Shown here: positions 62,536-64,000 of the stretch, piece by piece
How the letters are laid out: every line of letters starts with the position of its first letter
Position numbering within the stretch: position 1 is the first letter of the stretch
Assembly (NCBI GenBank): GCA_963783305.1
Contig: CAWAMW010000011.1
Span: 105,318 to 169,317 of the forward strand
DNA length: 64,000 nucleotides
DNA from: an uncultured Gemmatimonadales bacterium
Lineage (GTDB): Bacteria > Gemmatimonadota > Gemmatimonadetes > Longimicrobiales > RSA9
Direction of reading: 5' to 3'
Position numbers and translations under genes: made by a program
The notes under the pieces: model-generated
Database searches by the model: none
The model's input: the letters and a program-made list of their open reading frames with translations, nothing else
Told to the model about the DNA's origin: nothing

Positions 62536-64000
62536 ATGAAGCGGGTTGTGATTGTCGGGGGCGGCATCACGGGGCTCGCCACGGCCTTCGAGATCGCCGA
62601 GGCCGCGGACGGGGCGGACTTCGAGGTCGTCGTCCTCGAGGGGCGGGACCGGCCGGGGGGAACATCCGCACCGAGCGCACCGGCGGCTACACCATCGAGA
62701 ACGGCCCCAACGGCTTCCTCGACAACGCGCCGAAGACCGTGGACCTGGTCCGGCGGATCGGGCTGGAGGACGAGCTCCAGCGCGCCGACGAGGCCGCCGC
62801 CACCCGCTTCATCTACCGCGGCGGCACGCTCCACGAGGCGCCCGCCGGTCCCGGCAGCTTCCTGACGAGCCCGCTCCTCTCCCTCCGCGGCCGGCTCCGC
62901 GTCCTCGCCGAGCCCTTCGCGAAGTCGCGACCCGACCACGACGAGACCATCTACGACTTCGCCGCCCGCCGCATCGGGCCCGAGGCCGCATCCGTCCTCG
63001 TCGACGCCATGGTCTCCGGCGTCTTCGCCGGCAACGCCCACGCCCTCAGCCTCCGCTCCAGCTTCCCGAAGATGGCCGCCATGGAGGCGGAGCACGGCGG
63101 GCTCGTGAAGGCCATGGTCGCCCGGATGAAGGGGAAGAAGGCCGCGAAGAAGGAGGCCGCCGAGCGACGCGCCCGCGGCGAGGACACCGAGGCGATGACC
63201 CGGCCGGGCGGACCCGCCGGCCCCGGCGGCACCCTCACCTCCTTCCGCGACGGCCTCGACCGCTGGATCGACGGCCTCGTCGCCGCCCTCGAGGACCGCG
63301 GCGTCACCGTCCGCACCGGCGCACCCGTGGCCGGGATCGAGCCCGACGGGGCGGGGGACGGCGGGGCGGGGAACGACGGGGCAGGCCGTCGCTGGACCGT
63401 GAAGCTGGAGTCCGGCGAGGCCATCGACGCCGACGCCGTCGTCGTCACCATCCCGTCCCCGAGGGCCGCGCCGCTCCTGGAGCCCGCGGACGAAGCGCTC
63501 GCCGCGGCCGTGGCCGAGATCCCGACGGCGGGGCTGTCCGTCGTCGCGCTGGCGTTCGACGCAGCCGCGCTCGAGCGAGACGGCGTGAACGTGGACGGCT
63601 TCGGGTTCCTCGTCCCCCGGGGCCAGGACCTCCGGATCCTCGGCTGCCTCTGGGACTCCTCCGTCTTCCCCGGCCGCGCGCCCGACGGGAAGGTGCTGCT
63701 CCGCGCCATGATCGGCGGCGCCCACGACCCCGCGGCCGTGACCGAGGCCGAGGAGACGCTCGTCGCCCGCGTCCGCCAGGACCTCGAGACGTCCATGGGC
63801 ATCACCGCCGACCCCGAGCTCGTCCGCGTCTACCGCTGGCCCCTCGGCATCGGGCAGTACGAGGTCGGCCACCAGGACCGCCTCGACCGCATCCACGAAC
63901 GTCTCGCCGCCAACCCCGGCCTGTGGGTGGCCGGCAGCTCCTACTACGGGATCGCCATGAACGCGTGCATCGAGAAGGCCGCCGAGCAGGGGCCCGAGAT
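62536..64000 (+). CDS. hemY: FAD-dependent protoporphyrinogen oxidase (HemY type), frameshifted at a G run and truncated by the window end
   Basis: VVIVGGGITGL...LEGRDRPGG, then NIRT...ENGPNGFLDN, GFGFLVP, GQYEVGH in a shifted frame. Confidence 0.9.

Overview
GC-rich bacterial chromosome segment with almost all genes on the + strand. A diderm host is indicated by TonB-ExbBD and PEP-CTERM genes; a Gemmatimonadota-like host is my inference from gene content. Most of the window is housekeeping: rex-arcA, a thiolase/hbd/acyl-CoA dehydrogenase/leucine dehydrogenase/glyA run, nnr-thiL-plsC-eno-ftsB, tilS-hpt-ftsH-folP-cdaA, exbB-exbD-exbD-tonB, yggS-divIVA-ileS-dksA-like-lspA-rluD, two tRNAs and a near-complete heme operon. 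A small surface-protein patch at 17.6-24.6 kb holds two orphan GspG/pilin-like genes with a shared upstream motif, tRNA-Met, two PEP-CTERM proteins and two CPA2 antiporters. The best candidate for an undescribed system is a tightly coupled 10-gene operon at 40870-51785. It combines an MglA small GTPase, three Roadblock/MglB-like proteins, a large TPR protein, two DUF4388-TPR proteins carrying MshEN-type (c-di-GMP-binding) motifs, a tandem DnaA-like AAA+ protein with no DNA-binding domain, an orphan CheW-like protein and a membrane-anchored zinc peptidase. Frameshifts in ileS and hemY and a short C-run in tRNA-Met suggest some indel errors in the assembly. All calls come from motif recognition by eye; no database searches were run.
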